A model generated the notes under the pieces. That model saw only the letters and a program-made list of their open reading frames with translations. It searched no databases and was not told the DNA's origin. A program made the position numbers and the translations under genes. Shown here piece after piece: positions 25,783-35,936 of a stretch of 64,000 bases of DNA. The DNA comes from a candidate division WOR-3 bacterium (lineage in GTDB: Bacteria > Hydrothermota > Hydrothermia > B15-G9 > WFZT01). Location: NCBI GenBank assembly GCA_027053075.1, contig JALUEE010000033.1:45781-109780 (forward strand), in the 5' to 3' direction. How positions within the stretch are numbered: position 1 is the stretch's first letter; every line of letters begins with the position of its first letter.

Positions 25783-27396
25783 TCAGGCCACCTTTTTAAG
25801 TTCTTTATGCTCTTTCTGGACCTCTTCTTTTTCTTCTCTGGGCCTGATTTCGATGTTCACTGGATGGTAATTCTTAAGCTGGGCGTGTTTCATTATTTTC
25901 GCTACAGTCTTCTCTTTTTCTTCATTGCTCATCTTCTTATCTGTAAAAACTACAAGGTCAACAGTGGATGCTTTCTCTTTTTCACCCTTTGCAAGGTGAT
26001 GAAGCATGTAAATCTCACCATCCTTCACCTCTTTCTTTATTCCCTTGATGATTGACGGGATAAATCTTTCAACCCTCTTGATAAAATGCTCACGTTCTTC
26101 AAGCTTCCAGTCAACGTAATACCTCATCCTTCTTCCACTTATTGCCTCATAGGCGGCCTCAAATAGGAAGGATATCACTATAAATATTGTCGCGGCTTTC
26201 AGGGATGATGGATTTTGCTTCAAATTGTACCCCACAAGGACAAGAGCGGAGGCAAGGCAGAGAAGGAAGCCAAGCATTGGAAGCCATTTATTGGAATCGG
26301 TCAATTTGCTCAGCTTGTAGTTGGCAAGATTAACAAGACCAAAGACGATCAAAAATCCGAGACTGCCTGCAACTGAAATGTTCTCAAGGTTAGTGGAAAG
26401 TGTAAAAATTATCGTGATGACTCCAAGGATTACAATTCCCTCGTATCCACCTTTCCAAATCCTTTTTCCGAAGGTTCGGGGCAACTGGCCATATTTTGTA
26501 ATCAGATAGCTAATTCTTCCACTGCCGTAAAGTGTTGCGTTGATAGCCGAAGCAGTGGAAAGCATCGCAGCAATGCCGATAATGATGAATCCAGCTTTAC
26601 CGAAGAAGGGCTCAGCGGCAATGGCAAGGGCATAATCCTTGTATTTAACCACCTGGTCATAGGTGAGATTTCCAACAGCGACGATGGCAATAAGCACGTA
26701 AAGAGCAATAACGAATCCAACCGAAGCATAAAATGCCTTTGGCAGGGTCTCGACAGGATTCACAATATCCTGGGCCGTATTTGCAATTAGCTCAAATCCT
26801 TCGTAGGCAAGGAAAATAATTAGCCCACCGGTTATGATATTAAGCATCGGCGCCCAGTTTTGTGGCTCGAGCCGGTCAACCTTAATTGTGATGAATCCAA
26901 CAACTGCAAATGCAAGCAGAATGAGAATTTTGACGAAAACCATAAGGTCCTCAGCCTTACCCGTGACATAAGCACCGAGAAGATTTATCAGGGTAAACAC
27001 CAGTACAACACCCACGATAAAAAGCTGCTTGGCAAGGAGAACCTCTTTTCCAAAGAACAGTGCAGCGGAATAGCTTCCAAATGCGTAAGAATAAAGGGAC
27101 ATCATGATGATATAGCTGGAGAGCAGTAATACGTTTATCCATCCAGAAAAGAGTCCCGTTCCGAAGGCCTTGGTGATAAACTCTATTGTGCCACCTTCAC
27201 TGGGGAACCTGACTGACAACTTCGCATAAGAGTAGGATGTGATTAGAGCAATGAGCCCCGCGACTATAAAAGCTATGAATGCTGCACCATGGGCGAGAAG
27301 AATGGTAAGGCCAAGGACGGCAAAGATACCACCACCTACCATTCCCCCTACACCGATGGAAAACGCTTCGAAAAATCCAATCTTTTTGTGTGTCAT
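25783..27396 (-). CDS. APC-superfamily amino acid permease with a ~110-aa cytoplasmic C-terminal extension
   Basis: 537 aa with about 12 TM segments. The N-terminal FEAFSIGVGGMVGGGIF is APC-like. A hydrophilic K/E-rich tail follows residue ~425. Confidence 0.8.
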   Translation of the reverse strand: MTHKKIGFFEAFSIGVGGMVGGGIFAVLGLTILLAHGAAFIAFIVAGLIALITSYSYAKLSVRFPSEGGTIEFITKAFGTGLFSGWINVLLLSSYIIMMSLYSYAFGSYSAALFFGKEVLLAKQLFIVGVVLVFTLINLLGAYVTGKAEDLMVFVKILILLAFAVVGFITIKVDRLEPQNWAPMLNIITGGLIIFLAYEGFELIANTAQDIVNPVETLPKAFYASVGFVIALYVLIAIVAVGNLTYDQVVKYKDYALAIAAEPFFGKAGFIIIGIAAMLSTASAINATLYGSGRISYLITKYGQLPRTFGKRIWKGGYEGIVILGVITIIFTLSTNLENISVAGSLGFLIVFGLVNLANYKLSKLTDSNKWLPMLGFLLCLASALVLVGYNLKQNPSSLKAATIFIVISFLFEAAYEAISGRRMRYYVDWKLEEREHFIKRVERFIPSIIKGIKKEVKDGEIYMLHHLAKGEKEKASTVDLVVFTDKKMSNEEKEKTVAKIMKHAQLKNYHPVNIEIRPREEKEEVQKEHKELKKVA

Positions 27397-28694
27397 TCTA
27401 TCCTCTCAAAAATAAGTTCTTGTAAATTTGGTTTAGAGTCACTGATAGAAAACGAACTTTCAAGGTATCCAAGACATTCCTGCAGCCTGGATTCATCGTT
27501 GTAGAGCACTTCAAAGATAACATCATTCTCTGACACCTGATCTCCCACCTTTTTCAGCACCATGATTCCTACATTGTGGTCAATCTCATCTTCCTTCTTT
27601 GACCTGCCTGCACCGAGCACCGTAGCACCAAGTCCCACTTTGAGTGTATTAAATTTCTCGAGATAGCCGGATTTTCCTGCCTTCACGAGGTAAGTTCCCT
27701 TCACCTTTACGAAATCATCCCTTTCCACAGCATCTGGATCACCACCATGCGCAATGACCATCTGCCTCCATTTTTCATAGGCCCTGCCGTCCTCAAGGGC
27801 ATCCTCAAGTATCTTTCTCGCCTCGTCCCTTGACTTTGCAATTCCCCCGATGAGCAGCATCTCCACACCAAGGGCAATGGAAAGCTCCCTAACATCACGA
27901 GGCCCTTCATTTTTCAAAACTTTTACCGATTCAACCACTTCCACTGCATTTCCCACAGCCTCTCCAAGTGGCTGGTCCATATTTGTAATGAGAGCCACCA
28001 CCTTTTTACCCATAAGCTTCCCTGTTTCAACCATGGATTTAGCAAGCTTTCTTGCATCCTCAATTTTGCGCATAAATGCGCCTGAGCCGGTCTTCACATC
28101 CAGAACCAGTCCATCAATACCCTCTGCTATCTTTTTTGACATGATGCTCGACGTGATCAAAGGAATGCTCTCCACAGTGGCCGTCACATCCCTCAGAGCG
28201 TAGAGTTTTCTATCAGCGGGAACGAGTTCCTCGGTCTGCCCGATGATTGAAATTCCAACTTCAGATAGAATTTCAACAAACTCCTCAACCGGAATTGATG
28301 TGCGGTATCCGGGTATGGAATCCAGCTTGTCCAGTGTTCCACCAGTATGCCCGAGGGCACGACCTGAGATCATCGGGACCACCACTCCCACAGATGCAAC
28401 AAGTGGGCCAAGAATCAGAGATATTTTGTCACCCACTCCACCTGTTGAGTGCTTATCAACTTTCGGTCCACTGATGTGTGAAAGATTTACAGTCTCTCCA
28501 CTCCTGATCATCGCCTCGGTCAGTACCTGTGTCTCCTCAAAGTCCATATTCTGGAAATAGATTGCCATAAGAAGTGCACTCATCTGATAATCGGGAATTT
28601 CGTCCTTAACATACCCATCAATCATGAAATTGATCTCTTCGGGTGTTAGCTTCCCGCCATCCCTTTTCTTTCTAATAATGTCAACTGGTCTCAT
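27393..28694 (-). CDS. pdp: Thymidine / pyrimidine-nucleoside phosphorylase
   Basis: 433 aa with IIRKKRDG, KHSTGGVGDK and SGRALGHTGGTLDKLE-like motifs. Confidence 0.9.
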   Translation of the reverse strand: MRPVDIIRKKRDGGKLTPEEINFMIDGYVKDEIPDYQMSALLMAIYFQNMDFEETQVLTEAMIRSGETVNLSHISGPKVDKHSTGGVGDKISLILGPLVASVGVVVPMISGRALGHTGGTLDKLDSIPGYRTSIPVEEFVEILSEVGISIIGQTEELVPADRKLYALRDVTATVESIPLITSSIMSKKIAEGIDGLVLDVKTGSGAFMRKIEDARKLAKSMVETGKLMGKKVVALITNMDQPLGEAVGNAVEVVESVKVLKNEGPRDVRELSIALGVEMLLIGGIAKSRDEARKILEDALEDGRAYEKWRQMVIAHGGDPDAVERDDFVKVKGTYLVKAGKSGYLEKFNTLKVGLGATVLGAGRSKKEDEIDHNVGIMVLKKVGDQVSENDVIFEVLYNDESRLQECLGYLESSFSISDSKPNLQELIFERIE

Positions 28695-29832
28695 TGGCTA
28701 CCTCCATTACAAGGGCTGTTGCCATTACAGCAAGACCTTCCTCTCTGCCGATAAATCCCATCTTTTCTGCCGTCTTACCTTTTAAAGATATCTTTGAGGA
28801 AGGCATCCTTAAAATTCTACCAAGGTTCTTAACGATTTCCTCTTTGAATTGAACGATCTTCGGTTTCTCGGTTACAACCACGATGTCAAGATTGACCGGA
28901 TAGAATCCTTTGCTGGTCATTTCTTCAGCCACCTTCTCGAGCAATACGGTGCTTTTGATGTCTTTGTACTTTTCATCGGTATCGGGAAACCATTCACCAA
29001 TGTCACCAAGTCCTGAGGCACCAAGCAGCGCATCGATAACCGCGTGTGTCACAGCATCACCATCAGAGTGTCCCTTCAAACCATAAGGAAGTGGCAGCTC
29101 GACGCCACCAAGGACCATCTTTCTCCCCTCCTCAAACCTGTGAATATCAAATCCAAAGCCAACCCTTAAATTCTTCATAAGAATCCTCTCCACAAGTTCC
29201 ATGTCTTCCCTGAAAGTTACCTTGAAATTCAATGGGCTTCCTTCTACAAACTTAGTTTTAATCCCTTTCAACTCTTCCACCAGTGTGGTTTCGTCTGTGT
29301 AAACGACTCCTTCTTCTGCAGCTATCTCAAGGGTTTCAAGTATCAGTTCTCTTTCAAATCCCTGAGGAGTCTGAATAGATTTCAGCTCCGACCTCGGGAC
29401 ACTCTTAAAGACAAAATCTCCCTCAAAGTTTTTAAGCGTATCTCTCACAGGCTCAGCAGGTGTGACAGCAGGCCACCCCACAAGTGCCTTTATGACGTTT
29501 TTGACCACCTTCTGGGGCACAAATGGCCTTGCCCCGTCGTGAATCAGGACAAAATCAGATTCGGCCCTCTTGACTCCGTTCAGCACCGAATGGGTCCTCT
29601 CAACTCCTCCTTTAACAATCTCTAAATCGGGGAAATGGGGGACAAGCTCTTTTTCAGCCCTTTCTATGCCAGATTCATTCAGCACGAGAATTTTTTTCCT
29701 GAACCTGTGGGCCCGAAGGATATTGGCCAGTGTGTAGAATATTAACGGCCTGCCAAACACTTCATAAAAAATTTTATCGCCGGCAAAGCGAGTACCTTTA
29801 CCGGCAGCTACAACAACAATATCGATCTTCAT
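28681..29832 (-). CDS. ispDF: Bifunctional IspD/IspF (MEP cytidylyltransferase / MEcPP synthase)
   Basis: The N-terminal half carries VVAAGKGTRF (IspD). The C-terminal half carries GFGFDIHRF...GHSDGDAVTHA (IspF). Confidence 0.9.
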   Translation of the reverse strand: MKIDIVVVAAGKGTRFAGDKIFYEVFGRPLIFYTLANILRAHRFRKKILVLNESGIERAEKELVPHFPDLEIVKGGVERTHSVLNGVKRAESDFVLIHDGARPFVPQKVVKNVIKALVGWPAVTPAEPVRDTLKNFEGDFVFKSVPRSELKSIQTPQGFERELILETLEIAAEEGVVYTDETTLVEELKGIKTKFVEGSPLNFKVTFREDMELVERILMKNLRVGFGFDIHRFEEGRKMVLGGVELPLPYGLKGHSDGDAVTHAVIDALLGASGLGDIGEWFPDTDEKYKDIKSTVLLEKVAEEMTSKGFYPVNLDIVVVTEKPKIVQFKEEIVKNLGRILRMPSSKISLKGKTAEKMGFIGREEGLAVMATALVMEVANETS

Positions 29833-29888
29833 GGGTGAATTTTAAAGCCGAGTGGCTACTCTTTGAAGATTGCATTATCATTTGAACG

Positions 29889-31973
29889 ATGGATGTCCTT
29901 GAGTTTTTAAGGATGGAGGTACGTTATCTCAAAGGAGTTGGCCCCAAACGTGCCCAGCTCTTTAAGAGGCTTGGTATAACCACTGTGCTCGACCTCCTCT
30001 ATTTTGCCCCTCGAAGGTACATTGACAGGAGAAACATCACCCCTATCCACGATGTAAAGCGTGGAGCCGAGGTTACCGTGGCTGGAAAGGTTCTCACAAA
30101 GGGGATCAAAAAGGTTCGCGGAAATTTAGTTTTCACCGTAATCATCAGTGATGGGACCGACTGGATGGAGCTTGTCTGGAGGAATGTCAAAGGCATTGAC
30201 AAAGTTTTTAATAAAAATGACCAGGTCATTGCATCGGGAAAGGTTTATGTCTATCGTGGAACAAAGGTTATCTACCACCCCGAATATGAAATAATTGACG
30301 AAGCACATCCGCAGGGTAACAGGATAATGGCAGGGATGCTTGTTCCCGTTTATCCCTCCACCGAGGGCCTAAAGCCGAGGTTTATGAGAAGGCTTATCAT
30401 GGAGGTGTTAGAGAAGATCGGGGGCGAGATACCGGAAACCCTGCCAGATTATATTCGCAACAAATTTGGTCTCTACACACGAAAAGAGGCAATTCGCCTC
30501 CTCCATTTCCCTCATGAGCTCAAACAGGCAAGACTTGCGAGAACAACCCTCGTATTTGAAGAGCTTTTTTACTTTTACATCAAATTGCTGGAAAAGCGCG
30601 TCGAATCAAAGGGTCTTGGCATTCCCCTTGAAGTAAAAAATGAACTGACGAAGAAGTTCGTGGATTCTCTGAAATTTGAACTTACGGGAGCCCAGAAACG
30701 TGTAATCTCCGAGATCACGGATGACCTCTCAAAAAATACCCCCATGCACAGGCTGCTTCAGGGGGATGTGGGAAGCGGCAAGACCGTGGTTGCCCTCTAT
30801 ACAATGCTGGTCGCTGTGGAAAATGGCTATCAGGCTGTAATGATGGCCCCAACTGAAATTCTCGCCGAGCAGCATTTTCTCGTTATGAGTGAGTACCTTT
30901 TCCCGCTTAACGTTCGGATGGCCCTGCTGCTTGGCAAGATGAGGAAAAAGGACAAGCAGCTTGCCATTGAAAGGATAAAGATGGGAGATGCAGAGGTGGT
31001 AATTGGCACCCATGCCCTTATCCAGGAAGATGTTGAATTTAAAAAGCTCGCCGTTGCCGTAATTGACGAGCAGCATAAGTTTGGGGTTCTTCAGCGTGCG
31101 AAGTTACTCGAGAAGGGTTTTGAGAATAAATCTCCCCACTTTCTTGTGATGACTGCAACGCCTATTCCGCGAACCCTTGCGCTCACCATTTACGGAGACC
31201 TCGATGTCTCAATAATTGATGAAATGCCACCTGGTCGTGGCAAAGTAGTGACAAAATGGGTAAAAGAGGGCCGCAGAGATAAGGTCTATTCGTGGCTTTT
31301 TGATGAGGTGAAGAAAGGCAACCAGGCATACGTGGTCGCGCCTCTGATAGAAAAATCTGAAAAACTCGAGGCCGAGGCCGCAACCGAGCTTTACAAAAAA
31401 CTCACCGAAATCGCCCCTGAAGGCATAAATATAGGCCTGATACACGGAAAGATGAAAAAGGATGAGCGTGGAGAGGTAATGAGAAAATTCAGAAACGGGG
31501 AGTTCCACATCCTTGTTGCCACCACCGTTATTGAGGTTGGCATAGATGTTCCCAATGCCACCATTATGATAATCGAGCACGCCGAGAGATTTGGACTTGC
31601 CCAGCTCCATCAACTGCGTGGTCGCATTGGAAGAGGATCAAAGAAAAGCTACTGCATACTCATCACTCCATCAAAGGTAAGCGAAGACGCAAAGAAGCGA
31701 CTGAAAGCAATGGTAGAGACCACGGACGGCTTTAAGATTGCGGAAATTGACCTCGAGATCAGGGGGCCCGGTGAGATTTTCGGCACGAAACAGCATGGAA
31801 TCCCCAGATTTAGAATCGCCAACCTCATTAGGGACCAGAAAATTATCCAGCAGACTAAAAAAGAGGTGGAGAAAATCCTTGCCTTTGATCCATTTTTGAC
31901 AAAACCACAAAATCGAGTTATTAAAGAAACACTGGAAAACGAAAAGATTGGAGAGGTGATCTATGTTGGTTAA
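29889..31973 (+). CDS. recG: ATP-dependent DNA helicase RecG
   Basis: 694 aa. It has a wedge domain and helicase motifs GDVGSGKT, DEQHKFG, TATPIPRT and QLHQLRGRIGRG. Confidence 0.95.
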   Translation: MDVLEFLRMEVRYLKGVGPKRAQLFKRLGITTVLDLLYFAPRRYIDRRNITPIHDVKRGAEVTVAGKVLTKGIKKVRGNLVFTVIISDGTDWMELVWRNVKGIDKVFNKNDQVIASGKVYVYRGTKVIYHPEYEIIDEAHPQGNRIMAGMLVPVYPSTEGLKPRFMRRLIMEVLEKIGGEIPETLPDYIRNKFGLYTRKEAIRLLHFPHELKQARLARTTLVFEELFYFYIKLLEKRVESKGLGIPLEVKNELTKKFVDSLKFELTGAQKRVISEITDDLSKNTPMHRLLQGDVGSGKTVVALYTMLVAVENGYQAVMMAPTEILAEQHFLVMSEYLFPLNVRMALLLGKMRKKDKQLAIERIKMGDAEVVIGTHALIQEDVEFKKLAVAVIDEQHKFGVLQRAKLLEKGFENKSPHFLVMTATPIPRTLALTIYGDLDVSIIDEMPPGRGKVVTKWVKEGRRDKVYSWLFDEVKKGNQAYVVAPLIEKSEKLEAEAATELYKKLTEIAPEGINIGLIHGKMKKDERGEVMRKFRNGEFHILVATTVIEVGIDVPNATIMIIEHAERFGLAQLHQLRGRIGRGSKKSYCILITPSKVSEDAKKRLKAMVETTDGFKIAEIDLEIRGPGEIFGTKQHGIPRFRIANLIRDQKIIQQTKKEVEKILAFDPFLTKPQNRVIKETLENEKIGEVIYVG

Positions 31974-32931
31974 AAAAGCGTTACTTGCATTGGTTATAGT
32001 CCTTGGTCTCACGTCGTGTACAAAGATCGAACGTTTTGCCAGAGGGAAGGCAAATGAGGTGGTAATTGTTTACGATGGTACCCTGAGAGAGGCCAAATTT
32101 CTTCAGAGTGTGCTCTCGGATACCTTTTATACACCTCATCCTGAGCCGCTTTTCATCACCTACCCTGTCACCTACGACCAGTTTGAGCCCTTTAAGGGCT
32201 ACAAAAACGTGATCTTCCTTTCCACTTATAACTCACCGGACTATCCTATCTTCAAGCAAATATTTGGTGAGCGGCAACCTGGAATCTATCTTGTGAAAAA
32301 CTACTATCAGGAAGGTGACGCAATTTTAGGTGTCATCTCGTCCGACGAGACTGCACTCTGGAGTTTTGTCTATGAAAAGAAGGACTACATTTTGGGGGAG
32401 ATGTTAAAAAGATACCGTGCCATACTTCGAAAGAAAGCATATTTTGCCGGGCACAACAAGAAGTTTTCGAAAGAGTTTGGTGAGAAATACGGCTTCACCT
32501 TTGATTTTCCCATGGGATGGGCTTATGTGGTTCAGGATACCAATTTTGTCAGCATCGCAAAGCACTATCCGGATAGGTTTATGTTTTTCTACCACGAAAA
32601 CGCGCCTCGACTTTTTGACGCTGATGAGATCATAAGGCTCAGGAACAAACTCACTGCAAAATACTACGACGGAGACTATGTCTATAAAGAGCACCTGAGG
32701 GTCAAGGATACAACCTTTGTTGGGCAGCCTGCCATCAAGATTTTCGGAATCTGGCAGAATGATAAAGAATACCTCGGGGGGCCCTTTGAGACCATTGCGT
32801 TCAATCTCAATGACAATTTCTACATGTTTGACATGGGTGTTTTTGCACCGGACAGAAATGAGAAGCTCCAGTTTATCATCAGAATGGAAATCATCCTGAG
32901 CTCGTTCCATCTCTATGAGCCCAAAAAGTAA
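31963..32931 (+). CDS. Hypothetical lipoprotein
   Basis: 322 aa with a signal peptide and lipobox (LVIVLGLTSC). It overlaps the recG stop by 11 nt. I recognise no catalytic motifs. Confidence 0.6.
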   Translation: MLVKKALLALVIVLGLTSCTKIERFARGKANEVVIVYDGTLREAKFLQSVLSDTFYTPHPEPLFITYPVTYDQFEPFKGYKNVIFLSTYNSPDYPIFKQIFGERQPGIYLVKNYYQEGDAILGVISSDETALWSFVYEKKDYILGEMLKRYRAILRKKAYFAGHNKKFSKEFGEKYGFTFDFPMGWAYVVQDTNFVSIAKHYPDRFMFFYHENAPRLFDADEIIRLRNKLTAKYYDGDYVYKEHLRVKDTTFVGQPAIKIFGIWQNDKEYLGGPFETIAFNLNDNFYMFDMGVFAPDRNEKLQFIIRMEIILSSFHLYEPKK

Positions 32932-33667
32932 AGTCGCAGTAATCACGGATTTCGGACTACAGGACCCCTACGTGGGAGTGATGAAGGCACAGATTTTCAG
33001 GTTTGTGGATGAGGTGGAATTTATTGACATCACCCACTATGTGCCACAATTCAACATCAAAGCTGCCACTTTTATATTCTCGTATGCCTTAAGATGGCTT
33101 CCAGAGGATATCCATTTTCTCATTGTGGTGGACCCGGGTGTAGGCTCTAATCGCCGGGCAATTGCTGCAGCGAAAGGCAAAAGATTTTTCGTGGCACCGG
33201 ACAATGGGGTTCTCTCGCCAATTCTGGATGAAGCTGAAGTCTATGCTATTGAAAACATAAAACCGGAGTCTTCGACATTCCACGGCAGGGATTTATTTGC
33301 CCCGGCACTTGGTATGCTTCTTAGGGGGAAACCTCCTGGGGAACTCGGACCTCGCATCACAGACCCGATAAAAATCAGATTACCTGAGCCGGAAATTGAG
33401 AAAGGCTGGATCAAAGGGGAAATTATTTACATTGACCACTTTGGGAATCTTGTGACGAATATTCCCCGTGAGCTTGTGAAATCTGGTAAAAAGGTGATTT
33501 TCAAAGGTGTCGAAATTACGTTTGTAAACTCGTATTTCGATGTCGATAAGGGCCAGGCACTTGCGATTATTGACTCTTACGACATGCTTGAAATTTCAGT
33601 GAGGGAGGGGAGCGCGAAAGAGAAATTCGGAGCTGAGGTTGGAGACATTGTCCAGCTTGAGAGGTAA
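32915..33667 (+). CDS. SAM hydroxide adenosyltransferase family protein (DUF62, fluorinase/chlorinase-like)
   Basis: 250 aa. The N-terminal ITDFGLQDPYVGVMKAQI, FHGRDLFAP and DHFGNLVTNI are characteristic of the DUF62 family. Confidence 0.8.
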   Translation: MSPKSKVAVITDFGLQDPYVGVMKAQIFRFVDEVEFIDITHYVPQFNIKAATFIFSYALRWLPEDIHFLIVVDPGVGSNRRAIAAAKGKRFFVAPDNGVLSPILDEAEVYAIENIKPESSTFHGRDLFAPALGMLLRGKPPGELGPRITDPIKIRLPEPEIEKGWIKGEIIYIDHFGNLVTNIPRELVKSGKKVIFKGVEITFVNSYFDVDKGQALAIIDSYDMLEISVREGSAKEKFGAEVGDIVQLER

Positions 33668-34043
33668 GGGTGCATATATTCTTTTCCTTAAGTTACCTTC
33701 GGCAAAGAAAATAAGGGTCGGGAGATTGGGGAAATTTCACTTTAAGCCCGGGATTTATCTTTACGTGGGGAGTGCCATGAAGGGGTTTAATACGAGGATT
33801 CCGCGTTACATAAATGGTCCTGTGAGGAAGCACTGGCATATTGACTACCTGCTTGAGTTTGCCGAACTCCTCGCCGTCCTTTTGATACCATCTGATGAAA
33901 AAATTGAAGAGAAAGTTGCCGCAAAGCTGGGAACTGTTTTTAGCTCCCCCATAAAAGGATTTGGTTCCTCAGATACCTCTTCCTATGCCCACCTTTTCTA
34001 TCTATCAGACATCAAAGATGGCAACGAGAAAGGTGTGGTCTGA
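33639..34043 (+). CDS. GIY-YIG-superfamily DUF123-like protein
   Basis: 134 aa. GAYILFLKL......GRLG...F.PGIYLYVGSA and HWHIDYL match my memory of DUF123, a mostly archaeal family. The start may be the TTG at 33657. The 3' end overlaps xth convergently by 39 nt. Confidence 0.6.
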   Translation: METLSSLRGKGAYILFLKLPSAKKIRVGRLGKFHFKPGIYLYVGSAMKGFNTRIPRYINGPVRKHWHIDYLLEFAELLAVLLIPSDEKIEEKVAAKLGTVFSSPIKGFGSSDTSSYAHLFYLSDIKDGNEKGVV

Positions 34044-34778
34044 AGGTTTCTCCCACGCCCTCGGCTCCCTGTCAACATAGGAATCTACAGATTTATCGGC
34101 AAGAGGTTTGGTTGCAAGGATGTGGTCAATTCTCCAGCCGATGTTCCTCTCAAGAGCTTTAGGAACACGATAATCCCAGTAGGTAAATTCTCCGGGATTG
34201 GGCCTGTGCTTTCTAAACACGTCAATAAATCCCCACTCGAGGGTCTTCTGGAATTCTCTTCTCACATCAATGTGGAAATCCACGTGTTTAAGCTTGGTCT
34301 TGGGATTTGTGACATCAATCTCAGTGGGAGCGACGTTTATATCACCCATCCATAGAAGCGGCTCGTCTGGTGAAAAATGACGTGAGAAATATTCCCTCAG
34401 TCTCCTGAACCACCTTAACTTGTACTGATAATCCGGATGATCAATCTTTTTGCCCTGGGGGACGTACGTGTTAACGATGGGAATGCCTTTGATCACTCCT
34501 TTGATGAGTCGTGACTCGTCTTTCGGCTCATCGTCGAATCCGTACTGCACATCCTCAATGGGCCATTTGCTTGCAATTGCCACACCGCTGTAGGCTTTTT
34601 GACCGCGGAAAACCACGTAGTATCCTATCTTATCGAATTCCTCTTTTGGAAAGAGCTCATCCACAACCTTTGTTTCCTGAATAGCGAGTACATCGGGGGA
34701 TTCTTTCTCAATCCACCTTTTAATAATATGCATCCTGCTCCTGATGGAATTTGCGTTGAACGTAGCAACCTTAAACAT
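34005..34778 (-). CDS. xth: Exodeoxyribonuclease III (AP endonuclease)
   Basis: 257 aa. TFNANSIRSR, LAIQETK, GDINVAP, WRIDHILA and SDH are EEP-family Xth motifs. Confidence 0.9.
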   Translation of the reverse strand: MFKVATFNANSIRSRMHIIKRWIEKESPDVLAIQETKVVDELFPKEEFDKIGYYVVFRGQKAYSGVAIASKWPIEDVQYGFDDEPKDESRLIKGVIKGIPIVNTYVPQGKKIDHPDYQYKLRWFRRLREYFSRHFSPDEPLLWMGDINVAPTEIDVTNPKTKLKHVDFHIDVRREFQKTLEWGFIDVFRKHRPNPGEFTYWDYRVPKALERNIGWRIDHILATKPLADKSVDSYVDREPRAWEKPSDHTFLVAIFDV

Positions 34779-34818
34779 ACCTAAATTTTACTGCTGGAGG
34801 TTAGAATTTTTGAACATC

Positions 34819-35934
34819 TCAAAGAGCCTTGAGTAGGGTTTCTGCTATATATGATACATCTTCTTCGCTCAGGCCAGGGTATAGGGGAAGGGTGAGCTGA
34901 CGAGAGGAAAATTCTTCAGTGACAGGAAGGATGAGCTCTCCAAACCTTGATCTCATGGCGCTAAATTTGTGAACAGGCGGATAGTGAACCGATGTCTGAA
35001 TGCCTGCTTCAGCGAGCTTGCGCACCACCTCATCTCTTGAAATCCCCTCAGGGAGTACAACCGGAAAAATGTAATTTGCTGAGTTTTCATAATCATCAAA
35101 GGGGATCAGTACCTTATCAGAGAGGAGCTCACGATAAAGTTTTACAAGCCTGCACCTCTTTTCATTTTTCTCCCCGAGCTTCTCTAACTGGACAATTCCA
35201 AGAGCAGCTTGAATTTCAGTAATCCTGTAGTTGTATCCTATATCAACAACATCGTATAAGGTATCACCAAGTGTAAACTTGGAATAGCTCGAGGTCGTAA
35301 GCCCGTGAGACCTCAAAAGCTTTGCCTTCTCGTAAACTTTTTCATCGTTTGTGAGCAAAAAACCACCTTCTCCGGTTGAAAGATTTTTGTTGGTAAATGT
35401 GGAAAACGCACCGACAAGGCCAAAGGTCCCGGCAAACTTGCCCTCTATTTTTGTTCCAATGGCATGAGAAGCATCTTCAATGAGGATGAGGCCGTATCTA
35501 TCTGAGATGTCCTTTACCTCATCGATAAACCTGTAAAAACCGGCATAGTGGACAAAGACCACCGCCTTTGCACCGCGGGCTTTTCTCTCAACTTCGTCAG
35601 GTGAGATATTTGGATACTTGAGCGAATGGATATCCACAAAAAGAGGCTCAGCGCCTATCCAGATGAGTGGTGTTACTGTTGCAACAAAAGTGAGGGAAGG
35701 TACAAGTACCCTGTCACCGGGTTTAATCCCTGCCGACAGGTATGTGAGATGAAGTGCAGTGGTGCCGGAGCTTGTGGCAAGGGCGTATTCGACGCCGAAA
35801 TACTGAGCGAGCTTTTCTTCGTACTCTTTCGTTTTTGGTCCCTGGGTTATCCACCCTGAGTTTATGACCTCGATTACTGCACGTTTTTCCTCTTCGCCGT
35901 AATCGAGGTCAAAGAGTGGGTAACGCCAGGACAC
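34819..35934 (-). CDS. DegT/DnrJ/EryC1/StrS-family sugar aminotransferase
   Basis: 371 aa. The PLP-lysine region is FSTFTNKNLSTGEGG, and the N-terminal GWITQGPKTKEYE fits the family. Confidence 0.85.
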   Translation of the reverse strand: MSWRYPLFDLDYGEEEKRAVIEVINSGWITQGPKTKEYEEKLAQYFGVEYALATSSGTTALHLTYLSAGIKPGDRVLVPSLTFVATVTPLIWIGAEPLFVDIHSLKYPNISPDEVERKARGAKAVVFVHYAGFYRFIDEVKDISDRYGLILIEDASHAIGTKIEGKFAGTFGLVGAFSTFTNKNLSTGEGGFLLTNDEKVYEKAKLLRSHGLTTSSYSKFTLGDTLYDVVDIGYNYRITEIQAALGIVQLEKLGEKNEKRCRLVKLYRELLSDKVLIPFDDYENSANYIFPVVLPEGISRDEVVRKLAEAGIQTSVHYPPVHKFSAMRSRFGELILPVTEEFSSRQLTLPLYPGLSEEDVSYIAETLLKAL

Positions 35935-35936
35935 GT

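Noticed and set aside
32404-32946. A 180-aa minus-strand ORF, plus similar long antisense ORFs at 42485..43120 (211 aa), 55950..56459 (169 aa) and 53541..53969 (142 aa)
   Set aside because: Each lies opposite a well-supported gene: the lipoprotein, L25, lipB and E1 beta/E2 respectively. Their composition is low-complexity or hydrophobic-junk.
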